Source of the DNA: a phage
Sequence record: PZ445554.1
Length of the DNA stretch: 64,000 nt
Reading direction: 5' to 3' (one strand)
A program made the position numbers and the translations under genes. Below, one piece after another: positions 30,493-41,743 of the stretch. Within the stretch, counting starts at the first letter, position 1. Each line of letters begins with the position of its first letter. The notes below the pieces were generated by a model. That model did not search any database. It worked only from the letters and a program-made list of their open reading frames with translations, and was not told the DNA's origin.

Positions 30493-30947
30493 AGAGAGTC
30501 TCTTAATAGGTTTAACACATCAATAAATTCAGCTTCGGTTAGTATTGTATCATCTTTTGTTAGACCACTAGCCATGCTGTGCTTCAAAACTTTTCCTTTC
30601 GAGGCTTGTAATGCATCGCGAAAGCCCCTATTTTGGATCGCTGCTTCAAAATATGCATTTGTGTATAATTCTTTCCACGCCGGGGAGTATCTTGAAAATG
30701 GAACTCCAAGCCAGAAGAGGGTCCCACGGTCCTGAGCTCTAGCATAAGACCTTCCAGCTTGTTGGGCGGCAAGCCCAGATAACCCAAATATACGACGTTG
30801 TTGTTCAACGTTTTTCACCTTGCATCCTTGGAGGAATCCTTCAAGACCTCCAAATTGAATACCATCCATAACGAAAGGCCAATGGGCGAAATTACTTAAT
30901 GCGCATGATGGCCACCTAAAATTGCTTCTAATCTCTAACTCAGACAT
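30489..30947 (-). CDS. NADAR (YbiA-like) domain protein (30.3 position)
   Basis: Track start is TTG; ATG at 30947 gives 152 aa. Motifs SNFAHWP..MDG and EGFLQGCK resemble NADAR/YbiA signature as I recall it. Confidence 0.6.
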   Translation of the reverse strand: MSELEIRSNFRWPSCALSNFAHWPFVMDGIQFGGLEGFLQGCKVKNVEQQRRIFGLSGLAAQQAGRSYARAQDRGTLFWLGVPFSRYSPAWKELYTNAYFEAAIQNRGFRDALQASKGKVLKHSMASGLTKDDTILTEAEFIDVLNLLRDSL

Positions 30948-31146
30948 TTTCAATGCTTATAATTTCAACATCAGCCCAATGACCATAGCAAGGAAGACGA
31001 AATTCAACTGGCCAGTTAGGGTCCTTTTCTAATATAATAGACTCAACTTGTGGTTCTTCGTGTTCATCAGTATACGGATTTTTATCTGTTACTTTATATG
31101 TGACCTTAATGTACTGAATTCCAAAAATCTTATTAATTATATTCAT
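30940..31146 (-). CDS. hypothetical protein (30.4 position)
   Basis: 68-aa ORF. Confidence 0.65.
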   Translation of the reverse strand: MNIINKIFGIQYIKVTYKVTDKNPYTDEHEEPQVESIILEKDPNWPVEFRLPCYGHWADVEIISIENV

Positions 31147-31340
31147 ACTAATTCCTTTAATCCGTAGATAGGAGATAATTCATCGCCCATATGAAGGTCT
31201 TCATTTCCATCTACCCAAGAAACAATATAAGCCTCTTTTACTTGAACATCTCCCAATTTAAATGCGGGTAAAACCTTAGAAATTAATCCAGGTATACCAA
31301 CTCCCTTTAATTCAACAGTTTGGCCTAAAAAGAATTTCAT
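31143..31340 (-). CDS. hypothetical protein (30.5 position)
   Basis: 65-aa ORF. Confidence 0.65.
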   Translation of the reverse strand: MKFFLGQTVELKGVGIPGLISKVLPAFKLGDVQVKEAYIVSWVDGNEDLHMGDELSPIYGLKELV

Positions 31341-31627
31341 TAGAACCTCATCTGAAAACCATGTGATTTAACATTACCGCCATTAATATCAGAACTATTA
31401 ATTTCACGTGCAATTGAGGGGTCAATGTCAATTTCGCCATTAAGTTTAATGATAGACAAAGTATCACGCCCATTTACTGTGCGGAACTCTAAAGGACAAA
31501 CCACATCAACGTAGTTTTTAATCGATTCACTGGTAGGCTGCAAATGAGCAGGAAGGTCTTTAGGCGCCTTTGAGAAAACTACTTCACAGAAGTTTTTACG
31601 AGTATCAAAATAAGTGGTCATAAACAT
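31340..31627 (-). CDS. hypothetical protein (30.6 position)
   Basis: Track start lies inside a hairpin; ATG at 31627 after GAGGAAA SD gives 95 aa. Confidence 0.65.
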   Translation of the reverse strand: MFMTTYFDTRKNFCEVVFSKAPKDLPAHLQPTSESIKNYVDVVCPLEFRTVNGRDTLSIIKLNGEIDIDPSIAREINSSDINGGNVKSHGFQMRF

Positions 31628-31643
31628 AGTATTTTCCTCAGTA

Positions 31644-31659
31644 AGGGGCCGAAGCCCCT
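31644..31659. other. GC hairpin between 30.7 and 30.6
   Basis: AGGGGC-CGAA-GCCCCU; U-run only on plus strand although flanking genes are minus. Confidence 0.5.
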
Positions 31660-31667
31660 GTTTTATT

Positions 31668-32033
31668 TTAAATATCAAATTCGTTAAGAACTACATCAAA
31701 GATTGCTTCAAGATGCTCAGGTTTAGCTCTGTTACTCAAAATATGACGAATCCAAGTTTTAACCAGAAGCTTACGATTGACGCCATTCCAGCAAGGATGA
31801 GTCCCTAAATCACGTTGACGAAAATCATCATCTAATGCGATTTTAAAAGAAGAACCTTCTTTCGTGATTGAAACCGTGATGCCATTTTCAAATCGCATAT
31901 AAACGTAGTTAGGAGTCATATACTGTTCAATTTCGCATACTGATCCATTTTGATGTTTCCAAAGGCAGATGGTATCAATAGAACCTGCAATACCATTAGA
32001 AACATATTTACGTTCAAAGTTAATGTAGTTCAT
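31668..32033 (-). CDS. hypothetical protein (30.7 position)
   Basis: Track start is TTG; ATG at 32033 after GGAG SD gives 121 aa; own early promoter. Confidence 0.65.
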   Translation of the reverse strand: MNYINFERKYVSNGIAGSIDTICLWKHQNGSVCEIEQYMTPNYVYMRFENGITVSITKEGSSFKIALDDDFRQRDLGTHPCWNGVNRKLLVKTWIRHILSNRAKPEHLEAIFDVVLNEFDI

Positions 32034-32068
32034 TTTATTCTCCAAGATGTTTAATTGCGGTACAGGTA

Positions 32069-32098
32069 TATAATATCATGTCCTGTACCAAAGTAAAC
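32069..32098 (-). promoter_or_regulatory. early promoter (30.7)
   Basis: minus strand GTTTACTTTGGTACAGGACATGATATTAT: -35 TTTACT, 16-bp spacer, TGn + TATTAT. Confidence 0.6.
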
Positions 32099-32100
32099 AA

Positions 32101-32433
32101 TTATTTTACTACTTTCCAATGCTGCATGTCAAGTTTACCAACTTTTTTCATCTTCTCAATTAAGCGTTCGGCGCGTTGGCGAGCTGTAACATAATACCAT
32201 TCACCTAATTCATTTTGTTCAATTTTTCCAACGATTACTGTATTCAATTCATAAATCCAACCAGTAAAGAAATTATGAACTTGAATTGTAAAGGTGAAAT
32301 CTGTTCCCATACCTTCTGTTGTTTCTACTTCAATAATATCACCTTCAACTGCCATTAAAAACCACATAGTTTCATTATATTTACCATTGAAGCATTTAGT
32401 TTTAACTGTAGCGTTCAGATTAATCGTTTTCAT
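32101..32433 (-). CDS. hypothetical protein (30.8 position)
   Basis: 110-aa ORF; AAGGAG SD; own early promoter. Confidence 0.7.
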   Translation of the reverse strand: MKTINLNATVKTKCFNGKYNETMWFLMAVEGDIIEVETTEGMGTDFTFTIQVHNFFTGWIYELNTVIVGKIEQNELGEWYYVTARQRAERLIEKMKKVGKLDMQHWKVVK

Positions 32434-32460
32434 TTTATTCTCCTTTGTTTGTGTAAGATA

Positions 32461-32490
32461 ATACTATCACAAAGGAACCGTACTGTAAAC
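32461..32490 (-). promoter_or_regulatory. early promoter (30.8)
   Basis: minus strand GTTTACAGTACGGTTCCTTTGTGATAGTAT: -35 TTTACA, 17 bp, TGn + TAGTAT. Confidence 0.6.
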
Positions 32491-32504
32491 AACTTTGTGC
32501 AATC

Positions 32505-32539
32505 TTTGGAAAATAAAAAAGGACTCCCGAAGGAGTCCT
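32505..32539 (-). terminator. rho-independent terminator downstream of 30.9
   Basis: AGGACUCC-CGAA-GGAGUCCU hairpin followed on minus strand by UUUUUUAUUUU. Confidence 0.8.
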
Positions 32540-32543
32540 CAAC

Positions 32544-32762
32544 TTATGCTTTCTGCTTACCAAAACGAGAAGCATCATCTCGAAGAACCGCACGTGCTCG
32601 ACGCATGATCTTCTCAACAGTTTGATTAATACGAGAGTTCGACCCACGCTTGTAGCCAGCGCGTTTAGAATCACCAACTTTCTTTTCAACTGCTTTCTTT
32701 GCTTTAGCTTGTTTTGCCATTATAAATTCTCTTTTAAATGAAAATGCAGGACTTATTGGCAT
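32544..32762 (-). CDS. hypothetical basic protein (30.9 position)
   Basis: 72-aa ORF (alternative ATG at 32720); rho-independent terminator downstream. Confidence 0.65.
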   Translation of the reverse strand: MPISPAFSFKREFIMAKQAKAKKAVEKKVGDSKRAGYKRGSNSRINQTVEKIMRRARAVLRDDASRFGKQKA

Positions 32763-32839
32763 TGCCTGCGCAAGCCCTCAAGGGGTACTTAGGTTTTGAA
32801 TATTTACCGACAGGATAACCATAAACCTCGTCAACATAA

Positions 32840-33088
32840 TTACTTCAGTGTTACCACAAAGTGACGAACTGCTTTTCGTGCAGCAGAAGCCAAAGGCTTA
32901 GCATATTTAAGCTCATCTTTTTCCTGGAGCTCAGCGGCTAATGCAGTTTGAGCAGGATTCAGATGTTTGAAATAACGCAGGATTTCAAGAGCTTCGGCTT
33001 CAACATCAATAGATGCGCCATAGTTTTCGTGACCATTATTCCATGCGTTTCGTTGCAGTTCAAGAGCGTGTTGTAATTGTTTAATCAT
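32840..33088 (-). CDS. rIII: RIII lysis-inhibition accessory protein
   Basis: 82-aa ORF at the T4 rIII position (between 30.9 and 31). Confidence 0.8.
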   Translation of the reverse strand: MIKQLQHALELQRNAWNNGHENYGASIDVEAEALEILRYFKHLNPAQTALAAELQEKDELKYAKPLASAARKAVRHFVVTLK

Positions 33089-33227
33089 TTAAAAATTCTC
33101 GTTAGAGATTAAAACTCGGTAGTCACGTTCTTCTGAATTTCATCTTCTTTCGACAGATCTCTCAGTTGTAGACTACCACATAGAATTGTTCGGTTAACTT
33201 ATTATTCCGACACCCAATTCATATTAT

Positions 33228-33235
33228 TATTTATA
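33228..33235 (-). promoter_or_regulatory. candidate late promoter TATAAATA upstream of rIII
   Basis: minus-strand TATAAATA just downstream of gene 31 stop, ~140 nt upstream of rIII ATG. Confidence 0.45.
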
Positions 33236-33571
33236 TCACTTATAAAGACACGGAATAGCTTTATAGTGACAGGTAACGAATTTTTGTTTAATTTCTTTTG
33301 GCTGCTTAAGACCCAGAGCTACAAAAGGATGCGGAACATTTCGAATTTGACCAACTGGAAGAGAAGTCAAATCACCAACTTCGCAGAAACCTTCAGGAAC
33401 ATCAGGACCGACAGAGTGAACTACACACAGTTCAGGAACTTCACCTTGAACACGTTTACCGATAATAAGTCCTGATTCTGTGACTTCTTCATCACCAGCT
33501 TGTGCAGGTTCAGAAACTAAAATAACATATTCACCGACAGCACGAATTGGTAGCTGTTGTACTTCAGACAT
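33236..33571 (-). CDS. 31: co-chaperonin gp31 (GroES analogue)
   Basis: 111-aa ORF recognised as T4 gp31. Confidence 0.93.
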
Positions 33572-33627
33572 TGTTTTTCCTTTTTGTTAACAGATGAATT
33601 AATAATAACAAATAATTCTTAAAGCAT

Positions 33628-33936
33628 TTATTTACCAATAAATTGGAGTAAATGCTCAACTTTCATACCATTAACAGAAATCAATTTGTCAATAGAAAAA
33701 CCTCGCCATGCACCAAGTTCAACATCAAATACTGGAATCATGTCAGTAGATTCTTTCCGAGTAGATTCAGTCAATTTGCCGGTTTGCATGGTTGGCATAA
33801 AGTCCGCATCACGAGTACCTTTCATAATACGAATAGTACCATCAGACTTTTCAAAAACTACGTTTGAAACACCCATGGACAATTTAGTTTTCAAAATTTC
33901 ACGAATTGCTACTTTCTGCTCAGTTGTCAGTTTCAT
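33628..33936 (-). CDS. hypothetical protein (31.1 position)
   Basis: 102-aa ORF. Confidence 0.7.
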   Translation of the reverse strand: MKLTTEQKVAIREILKTKLSMGVSNVVFEKSDGTIRIMKGTRDADFMPTMQTGKLTESTRKESTDMIPVFDVELGAWRGFSIDKLISVNGMKVEHLLQFIGK

Positions 33937-34176
33937 TTATTTACCTATCACAGTTTTAATATGAGTTGTTCCACGTTCTTTAAGGGTGGAAAGTAATTTT
34001 TGGCATTTTTCTAAATCAGATTTCCAACTATATGGTCTATCAATACTAGTCCAATCAGTTTTATAATACTGTTTCCATTTAGAGAAAAAATATTTCTTAT
34101 ACTCTACAGCAAATGAGATGTTCTCATTAGAATAAGAACTAATTGCTGTGAGCTTTACCAAACGAAATTTCATCAT
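33937..34176 (-). CDS. hypothetical protein (31.2 position)
   Basis: 79-aa ORF. Confidence 0.65.
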   Translation of the reverse strand: MMKFRLVKLTAISSYSNENISFAVEYKKYFFSKWKQYYKTDWTSIDRPYSWKSDLEKCQKLLSTLKERGTTHIKTVIGK

Positions 34177-34754
34177 TCACCACAGAATTCGTTGATATTT
34201 TCCCAGTTTAACTTATTCAAGTTTTTCTTAGGAACATTAAACACTTCAATACCTGCATTTCGCAAAATATCATCCCAACCAGGTTTATTTTTGTCGTATG
34301 TTTCGCAATAAACTAGTTTTTTAATTCCAGATTGAGCTATCGCTTTTGCGCAATCCGGACATGGAGAAAGTGTTACATACATAGTAGCACCTTCAATAGA
34401 AGAACCATTTCGTGCAGCAAACAAAATTGCATTTAATTCAGCATGAATTTCATTTTTAGATGACCATTCCGAGTGAGCGCTGCGGTGTTCTTTCGCCAAG
34501 ACAAAACGATCAGTTGAACCAAATGATACACATTCAGGCTTATGGCCTTGAATGATAGTATGTTTAGGCTTATTCAGCAACCAACATTGCTCAGCAGCAT
34601 AATCACAACAGTTCACACCCCCTGCGGGTGAACCATTATACCCAGTAGAAATAATACGTCCATTCTTTTCAATTACTGCTCCTACCTTCCATGAGCAACA
34701 TTTTGATTCCTGCGATACTAAATATGCAATTTGAAGTACTGTACTCGCTTTCAT
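34173..34754 (-). CDS. cd: dCMP deaminase
   Basis: 193-aa ORF with zinc-binding deaminase motifs HAELNA and PCPDCA. Confidence 0.93.
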   Translation of the reverse strand: MKASTVLQIAYLVSQESKCCSWKVGAVIEKNGRIISTGYNGSPAGGVNCCDYAAEQCWLLNKPKHTIIQGHKPECVSFGSTDRFVLAKEHRSAHSEWSSKNEIHAELNAILFAARNGSSIEGATMYVTLSPCPDCAKAIAQSGIKKLVYCETYDKNKPGWDDILRNAGIEVFNVPKKNLNKLNWENINEFCGE

Positions 34755-35089
34755 TTCATAATCACCAGATAAGCAGATTTAGCAGTTTCAACACGATAAA
34801 TTTCGTGACGAAGTTTAGTTATACTTTTAATAACAGAACTAATTATATTCTGCCCATCTTTAAAGCGGTTTTTCTTATCAATAAAAACTGCGCCAGTCAT
34901 CTTTTTGTGAAGCTCAACTGGATACTTCGTCACAATAATAGCATCATACACAGAAGGATGAATACTATTCACTAGAGTATCATTCATTAAAGTTATTCTA
35001 ATGAACTTTGCTGTTTCAGAATCAAGCGCTCTATGATCGCCAGTATCATTTTCAAGACAATTATCAATTATATCAGTTAAATTCATCAT
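34751..35089 (-). CDS. hypothetical protein (cd.1 position)
   Basis: 112-aa ORF. Confidence 0.65.
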   Translation of the reverse strand: MMNLTDIIDNCLENDTGDHRALDSETAKFIRITLMNDTLVNSIHPSVYDAIIVTKYPVELHKKMTGAVFIDKKNRFKDGQNIISSVIKSITKLRHEIYRVETAKSAYLVIMK

Positions 35090-35322
35090 AGTACGCCATA
35101 CACCCTTTGTGCTTCAACTAATCCATCGAAATCCAGTTTAAGATGCGATATTTGATCGCCATCACCTGGATTCACAATTACTAATACTGAACGAGGAGTT
35201 TCGGTAATAACACGAACCGATGTTTCAGGAAATCGTTCAGAAACCCTATTTACTAATTCCTGTGCAAATAGTTTAACTTTTTCTTGGAATTCTTTAACAG
35301 TAATTGGTTTTTCACTTAGCAT
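35086..35322 (-). CDS. hypothetical protein (cd.2 position)
   Basis: 78-aa ORF. Confidence 0.65.
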   Translation of the reverse strand: MLSEKPITVKEFQEKVKLFAQELVNRVSERFPETSVRVITETPRSVLVIVNPGDGDQISHLKLDFDGLVEAQRVYGVL

Positions 35323-35843
35323 GTTGATCCCAGCTCCTTACTTTCAACGTTTTTAACTAATTTGACAGAAACTAATTCAGCATCTTGAGTAATCATTACC
35401 GGACCTTCTTCATACTCTTCAAGATATTCTAGAGCTTTCTTTTTAGCTTCTTCCTTCGTATCAGTTTGAGCATAGATATAAAACATACAACCAGTAATAC
35501 CTACTACTTTCCACTTAATTTCTTTATCAGCTTTAATTTCAAATTTACTGACAGAATCATCTTTTTGAACTTCTTCGAAAAAAGAATATTCTAACATATA
35601 AGCAATTGAAAATAACGGGCTAACTTTATAGGATTCGCCCATTACATCAACAGCTTTATACCAGCAATCATCAATTTCGCGTTTAATGCTAATAACATTT
35701 TTCGCAGGATCTATTTTTACTTTAAATGAATTTTCCCCAATAAACTGGGCAATTCGTTTATTAGCCCCGCAAGTTTCATTAAAAATATCTTTATATCCAG
35801 TTTTAAAGCGATAAACCTTATCTTCTTCAAACCATTCGCTCAT
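35316..35843 (-). CDS. hypothetical protein (cd.3 position)
   Basis: 175-aa ORF; GAGGAAA SD; own early promoter. Confidence 0.7.
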   Translation of the reverse strand: MSEWFEEDKVYRFKTGYKDIFNETCGANKRIAQFIGENSFKVKIDPAKNVISIKREIDDCWYKAVDVMGESYKVSPLFSIAYMLEYSFFEEVQKDDSVSKFEIKADKEIKWKVVGITGCMFYIYAQTDTKEEAKKKALEYLEEYEEGPVMITQDAELVSVKLVKNVESKELGSTC

Positions 35844-35872
35844 TTCAATTTCCTCATTTGTTTGGTAGAGCT

Positions 35873-35902
35873 ATAATATCACAACTCTACCGTAAAGTAA
35901 AC
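35873..35902 (-). promoter_or_regulatory. early promoter (cd.3)
   Basis: minus strand GTTTACTTTACGGTAGAGTTGTGATATTAT: 17 bp, TGn + TATTAT. Confidence 0.6.
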
Positions 35903-35904
35903 TA

Positions 35905-36180
35905 TTAAATCGCTTTGAATTCTGCTGTCTGCGATTTAAAACGAATGTCGCCTTGGATAACTAGCTCAGCATCAAGACCGAATACAACAATGATATGCGC
36001 GGAACCTGGATACAGTGTAATGGCAATAGAATCCACCTGGTCTGGAAGCAAAGTGTTCAATACATGAGTCACTTGAGCATGGATTCGAAGCTCAGCTGCG
36101 TTATCAAGTTTTTCAAACATATTATTAGCGATAATTTGGCTAAACACTACTTCTACGATTTTAGAGTAAGTCGGAAACAT
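35905..36180 (-). CDS. hypothetical protein (cd.4 position)
   Basis: 91-aa ORF. Confidence 0.65.
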   Translation of the reverse strand: MFPTYSKIVEVVFSQIIANNMFEKLDNAAELRIHAQVTHVLNTLLPDQVDSIAITLYPGSAHIIVVFGLDAELVIQGDIRFKSQTAEFKAI

Positions 36181-36244
36181 ATTTACCTCACATAATTTTC
36201 TTCAAGCCAATTAATAATAGTCCAAGTTTCATGGTGCCAAGCCA

Positions 36245-37463
<1,219 letters not shown>

Positions 37464-37467
<4 letters not shown>

Positions 37468-37694
37468 TTATTTTTCTCAACTAATGATTGAATATAATCA
37501 TGCAAGTCTTTAGATGCTTTACCCCACTTATTTTGATATTCATTTTTGAGATTAGCACGTGATTGAGCTAATAAAACATCATTAGTTGGAGGTAAAGATT
37601 CTAACCGCTGAATCTGGCGTCCATAAATCATTGCAGCCATCTCGGATTCATAAATCAATCCTTTGAGATGTTCAAATTGATGCCATGAAATCAT
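37464..37694 (-). CDS. hypothetical protein
   Basis: 76-aa ORF. Confidence 0.65.
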
Positions 37695-37990
37695 TTACAT
37701 TTATCCTCTTTTAACTCTTGACGATAATAACATATCATAGTTTTCTGGTCATGTACATATCGTTTTACATCATTAAGCCAAATACGAAATTCCTGAGAAT
37801 CTTCAAATGGCATACCTACCCAAGCTTTACCATCAATAACTTTAACTTGCCAAGATAGTTTAGCTTCGTCATATGACTTTATTTGTACAGGCCAATTAGG
37901 ATGAACTGTTTCTTTCTTTACTTCTAGAGGCTTTGTCGAACAACCAACTAGAAGACCAATAGATAATATTACTGCTGATAGTTTAATCAT
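37691..37990 (-). CDS. pseT.2: o-spanin (outer-membrane lipoprotein, Rz1 equivalent)
   Basis: 99-aa ORF with lipoprotein signal MIKLSAVILSIGLLVGC (lipobox LVGC) and C-terminal Cys residues. Confidence 0.75.
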   Translation of the reverse strand: MIKLSAVILSIGLLVGCSTKPLEVKKETVHPNWPVQIKSYDEAKLSWQVKVIDGKAWVGMPFEDSQEFRIWLNDVKRYVHDQKTMICYYRQELKEDKCK

Positions 37991-38340
37991 TTAGAAAGGT
38001 CCTGGATGTCTTCTGCGAACTTGTTGAAGGAGTTGTTGATTTGTTTTTCAACCAATCCTGGCTTATGAGCCACCACATCCGCCTTCTTTGCGTCTTTGCG
38101 CAGTTTTTCATTTTCACGCTCAATAGCAGCAATTGCCTCACGATTTTTATTATTCATCGCATCAATATAATTATACTGAATTCGCAAATTATTTAATGCT
38201 AAGGCGTTTTCATTGGCTGTTTTTGTAATTTCAGTAACTGATGTTTCTAATCTTTCTACCTTATTTTTTAAAATAATAGATGTTCCGCCAAATGCTATTA
38301 CAAGTAATAGCAATCCAGCTGTAAAATTACTTACATGCAT
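37987..38340 (-). CDS. pseT.3: i-spanin (inner-membrane, Rz equivalent)
   Basis: 117-aa ORF with N-terminal transmembrane helix followed by coiled-coil-like region; overlaps o-spanin start. Confidence 0.75.
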   Translation of the reverse strand: MHVSNFTAGLLLLVIAFGGTSIILKNKVERLETSVTEITKTANENALALNNLRIQYNYIDAMNNKNREAIAAIERENEKLRKDAKKADVVAHKPGLVEKQINNSFNKFAEDIQDLSK

Positions 38341-38834
38341 AAAGTTTTAATAACCTCTATAATATCGTCTTGAGAAAGACCGTTAATTAAAATATGATGT
38401 TCAGCTGGAGATTTAGAAATTTTAAAGCATGCCTCAACATCTTCTGCCATATCCGATGCACTACGATTTGGATTACTAATACCAAGGCGGTGTTTTCCCG
38501 TCAAAGGATTAACGATGATATAGCATTTGCAGCTATTGATATGAACATTGGGTTGAGTCTGATTAATGAACACTTCACAATCATACTTAGCGAGTTGATT
38601 TTCTAAAAAGACTTTCATCTCTTCAACCGCATCAGGAAGCATATCACGGGCTTGCTCAAGACGACGATTTCGATATTCTTTAATGGTCGTTTTCCGCTTG
38701 ACTTGCTTAGCTAAATCTTTCTTAAGATCAGTGATATATCCAACTCGACGATTTCCTTTGAATACAGAAATCCCATCTGTAGTATCACCGTATGCTTCAA
38801 CGACCATTTCAGTAGTAATAAGCTGCAAATCCAT
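38331..38834 (-). CDS. alc: Alc, inhibitor of host transcription on cytosine DNA
   Basis: 167 aa from second ATG (GAGGA SD); T4 position between pseT cluster and rnlA. Confidence 0.88.
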   Translation of the reverse strand: MDLQLITTEMVVEAYGDTTDGISVFKGNRRVGYITDLKKDLAKQVKRKTTIKEYRNRRLEQARDMLPDAVEEMKVFLENQLAKYDCEVFINQTQPNVHINSCKCYIIVNPLTGKHRLGISNPNRSASDMAEDVEACFKISKSPAEHHILINGLSQDDIIEVIKTLCM

Positions 38835-38865
38835 CATAAAGTCCTCATGTTATGTCAGTAAGACT

Positions 38866-38895
38866 ACTATAACACAACACGAGGGACTTGTAAAC
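38866..38895 (-). promoter_or_regulatory. early promoter (alc)
   Basis: minus strand GTTTACAAGTCCCTCGTGTTGTGTTATAGT, near-identical to the alt.-3 promoter. Confidence 0.7.
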
Positions 38896-38898
38896 AGC

Positions 38899-40486
<1,588 letters not shown>

Positions 40487-40493
40487 AATAAAA

Positions 40494-40509
40494 TGGGCCT
40501 TGCGGCCCA
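40494..40509 (-). terminator. stem-loop between nrdB and denA
   Basis: UGGGCC-GCAA-GGCCCA on minus strand followed by UUUUAUU, directly before denA ATG. Confidence 0.65.
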
Positions 40510-40513
40510 CTCC

Positions 40514-41692
40514 TTAAAAGTATTTTTTAAAACTCATCATAACTTTATCATCAACATCATTATCAATCTGTGCAACAAGGTAAGATGACAGTTCTACTTC
40601 TTGTGGCGCGGATTGAACATTATCAGAATTAAGATATTCACGAATCCAAGGATATGGATGTTTAACCGGAGCATCGGTAATTGGGCATGGAAGACCACAC
40701 TGTTTCATACGAGATACAGTTAAGTAATCAATAAAGCTCCACATGCTATTTGTATTTAATCCAGGAACATCGCCATCTTTAAATAAATGAACTGCCCAAT
40801 CTTTTTCTTGGCGGTTAACTTCCATGAAAATATCAACTGCTTCTTGTTCACACTCTTGAGCAATTTTAACCCATTCATCACCATCAGTACCGGATTGAAG
40901 TTGACGAATAATATATTGAGTGCCTTTAAGGTGAAGCTGCTCATCGCGTGCAATGAACTTCATAATCTTGGCATTACCTTCCATGATTTCCATGTTTTTA
41001 TGGAAGTTAAAGGTACATGCGAAAGATACATAAAAACGAATAGCTTCCAATGCGTTGATTACATGCAAACAGAGGTAAAGAGATTTCATTAGCTCACGCT
41101 TCCAATATGTCTCATGCTCAATAGCATCTTCAATAACGTCTTCGTCTGCATTAATTTCTTTTTGGTATTCGATATCAGCTTTAGCGTTTTCCCAATAACG
41201 AGTTTTAATCAGAACATCATCATAATAGCGACCGATAGATTCAGCGCGTTTCATAATAGCTTCATCTAATACAATCTCATCAAACACCTTTGACGGATCA
41301 GTATAAAGATTTCGCATGATATGTGTATATGAACGACTGTGAATAGTTTCACTAAAAGTCCATGTAGCAACCCATGTATCAAGACTTGGGTCTGAAATTA
41401 ATGACATAAGTACAGCAGATGGCGCACGACCCTGAATGCTATCCAAAAGTGATTGATACTTCAGATTATTAGTAAAAATATTTTGCTGATACTGAGGAAG
41501 CTTATTAAACTGTGCAGCATCCATCATTAAGTTTACTTCTTCCGGGCGCCAGAAGAATGACAATTGCTTTTCGGTCAAATCTTCAAAAACTTTATGGCGT
41601 TGAATATCATAACGCGCAATACCAAGACCTGAACCAAAAAACATGGGTTCTTTTAAAACATCAACTGGATTTGTATTAAAAACTGTGCTCAT
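40514..41692 (-). CDS. nrdB: ribonucleotide reductase small subunit (continuous, no intron)
   Basis: 392-aa uninterrupted ORF with di-iron/tyrosyl radical protein features. Confidence 0.95.
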   Translation of the reverse strand: MSTVFNTNPVDVLKEPMFFGSGLGIARYDIQRHKVFEDLTEKQLSFFWRPEEVNLMMDAAQFNKLPQYQQNIFTNNLKYQSLLDSIQGRAPSAVLMSLISDPSLDTWVATWTFSETIHSRSYTHIMRNLYTDPSKVFDEIVLDEAIMKRAESIGRYYDDVLIKTRYWENAKADIEYQKEINADEDVIEDAIEHETYWKRELMKSLYLCLHVINALEAIRFYVSFACTFNFHKNMEIMEGNAKIMKFIARDEQLHLKGTQYIIRQLQSGTDGDEWVKIAQECEQEAVDIFMEVNRQEKDWAVHLFKDGDVPGLNTNSMWSFIDYLTVSRMKQCGLPCPITDAPVKHPYPWIREYLNSDNVQSAPQEVELSSYLVAQIDNDVDDKVMMSFKKYF

Positions 41693-41718
41693 AAATTTTC
41701 CGCTTAGTTAATAGATAG

Positions 41719-41736
41719 TGACTCGTCCGTGAGTCA
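41719..41736 (-). other. hairpin in nrdA-nrdB intergenic spacer
   Basis: TGACTC-GTCCGT-GAGTCA inverted repeat in a 51-bp spacer. Confidence 0.4.
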
Positions 41737-41743
41737 AATTATA

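Noticed and set aside
32435-32689. 84-aa minus-strand track ORF overlapping 30.9 and the terminator
   Set aside because: Different frame from the SD-supported 30.9 ORF, runs through the terminator hairpin; no independent support.
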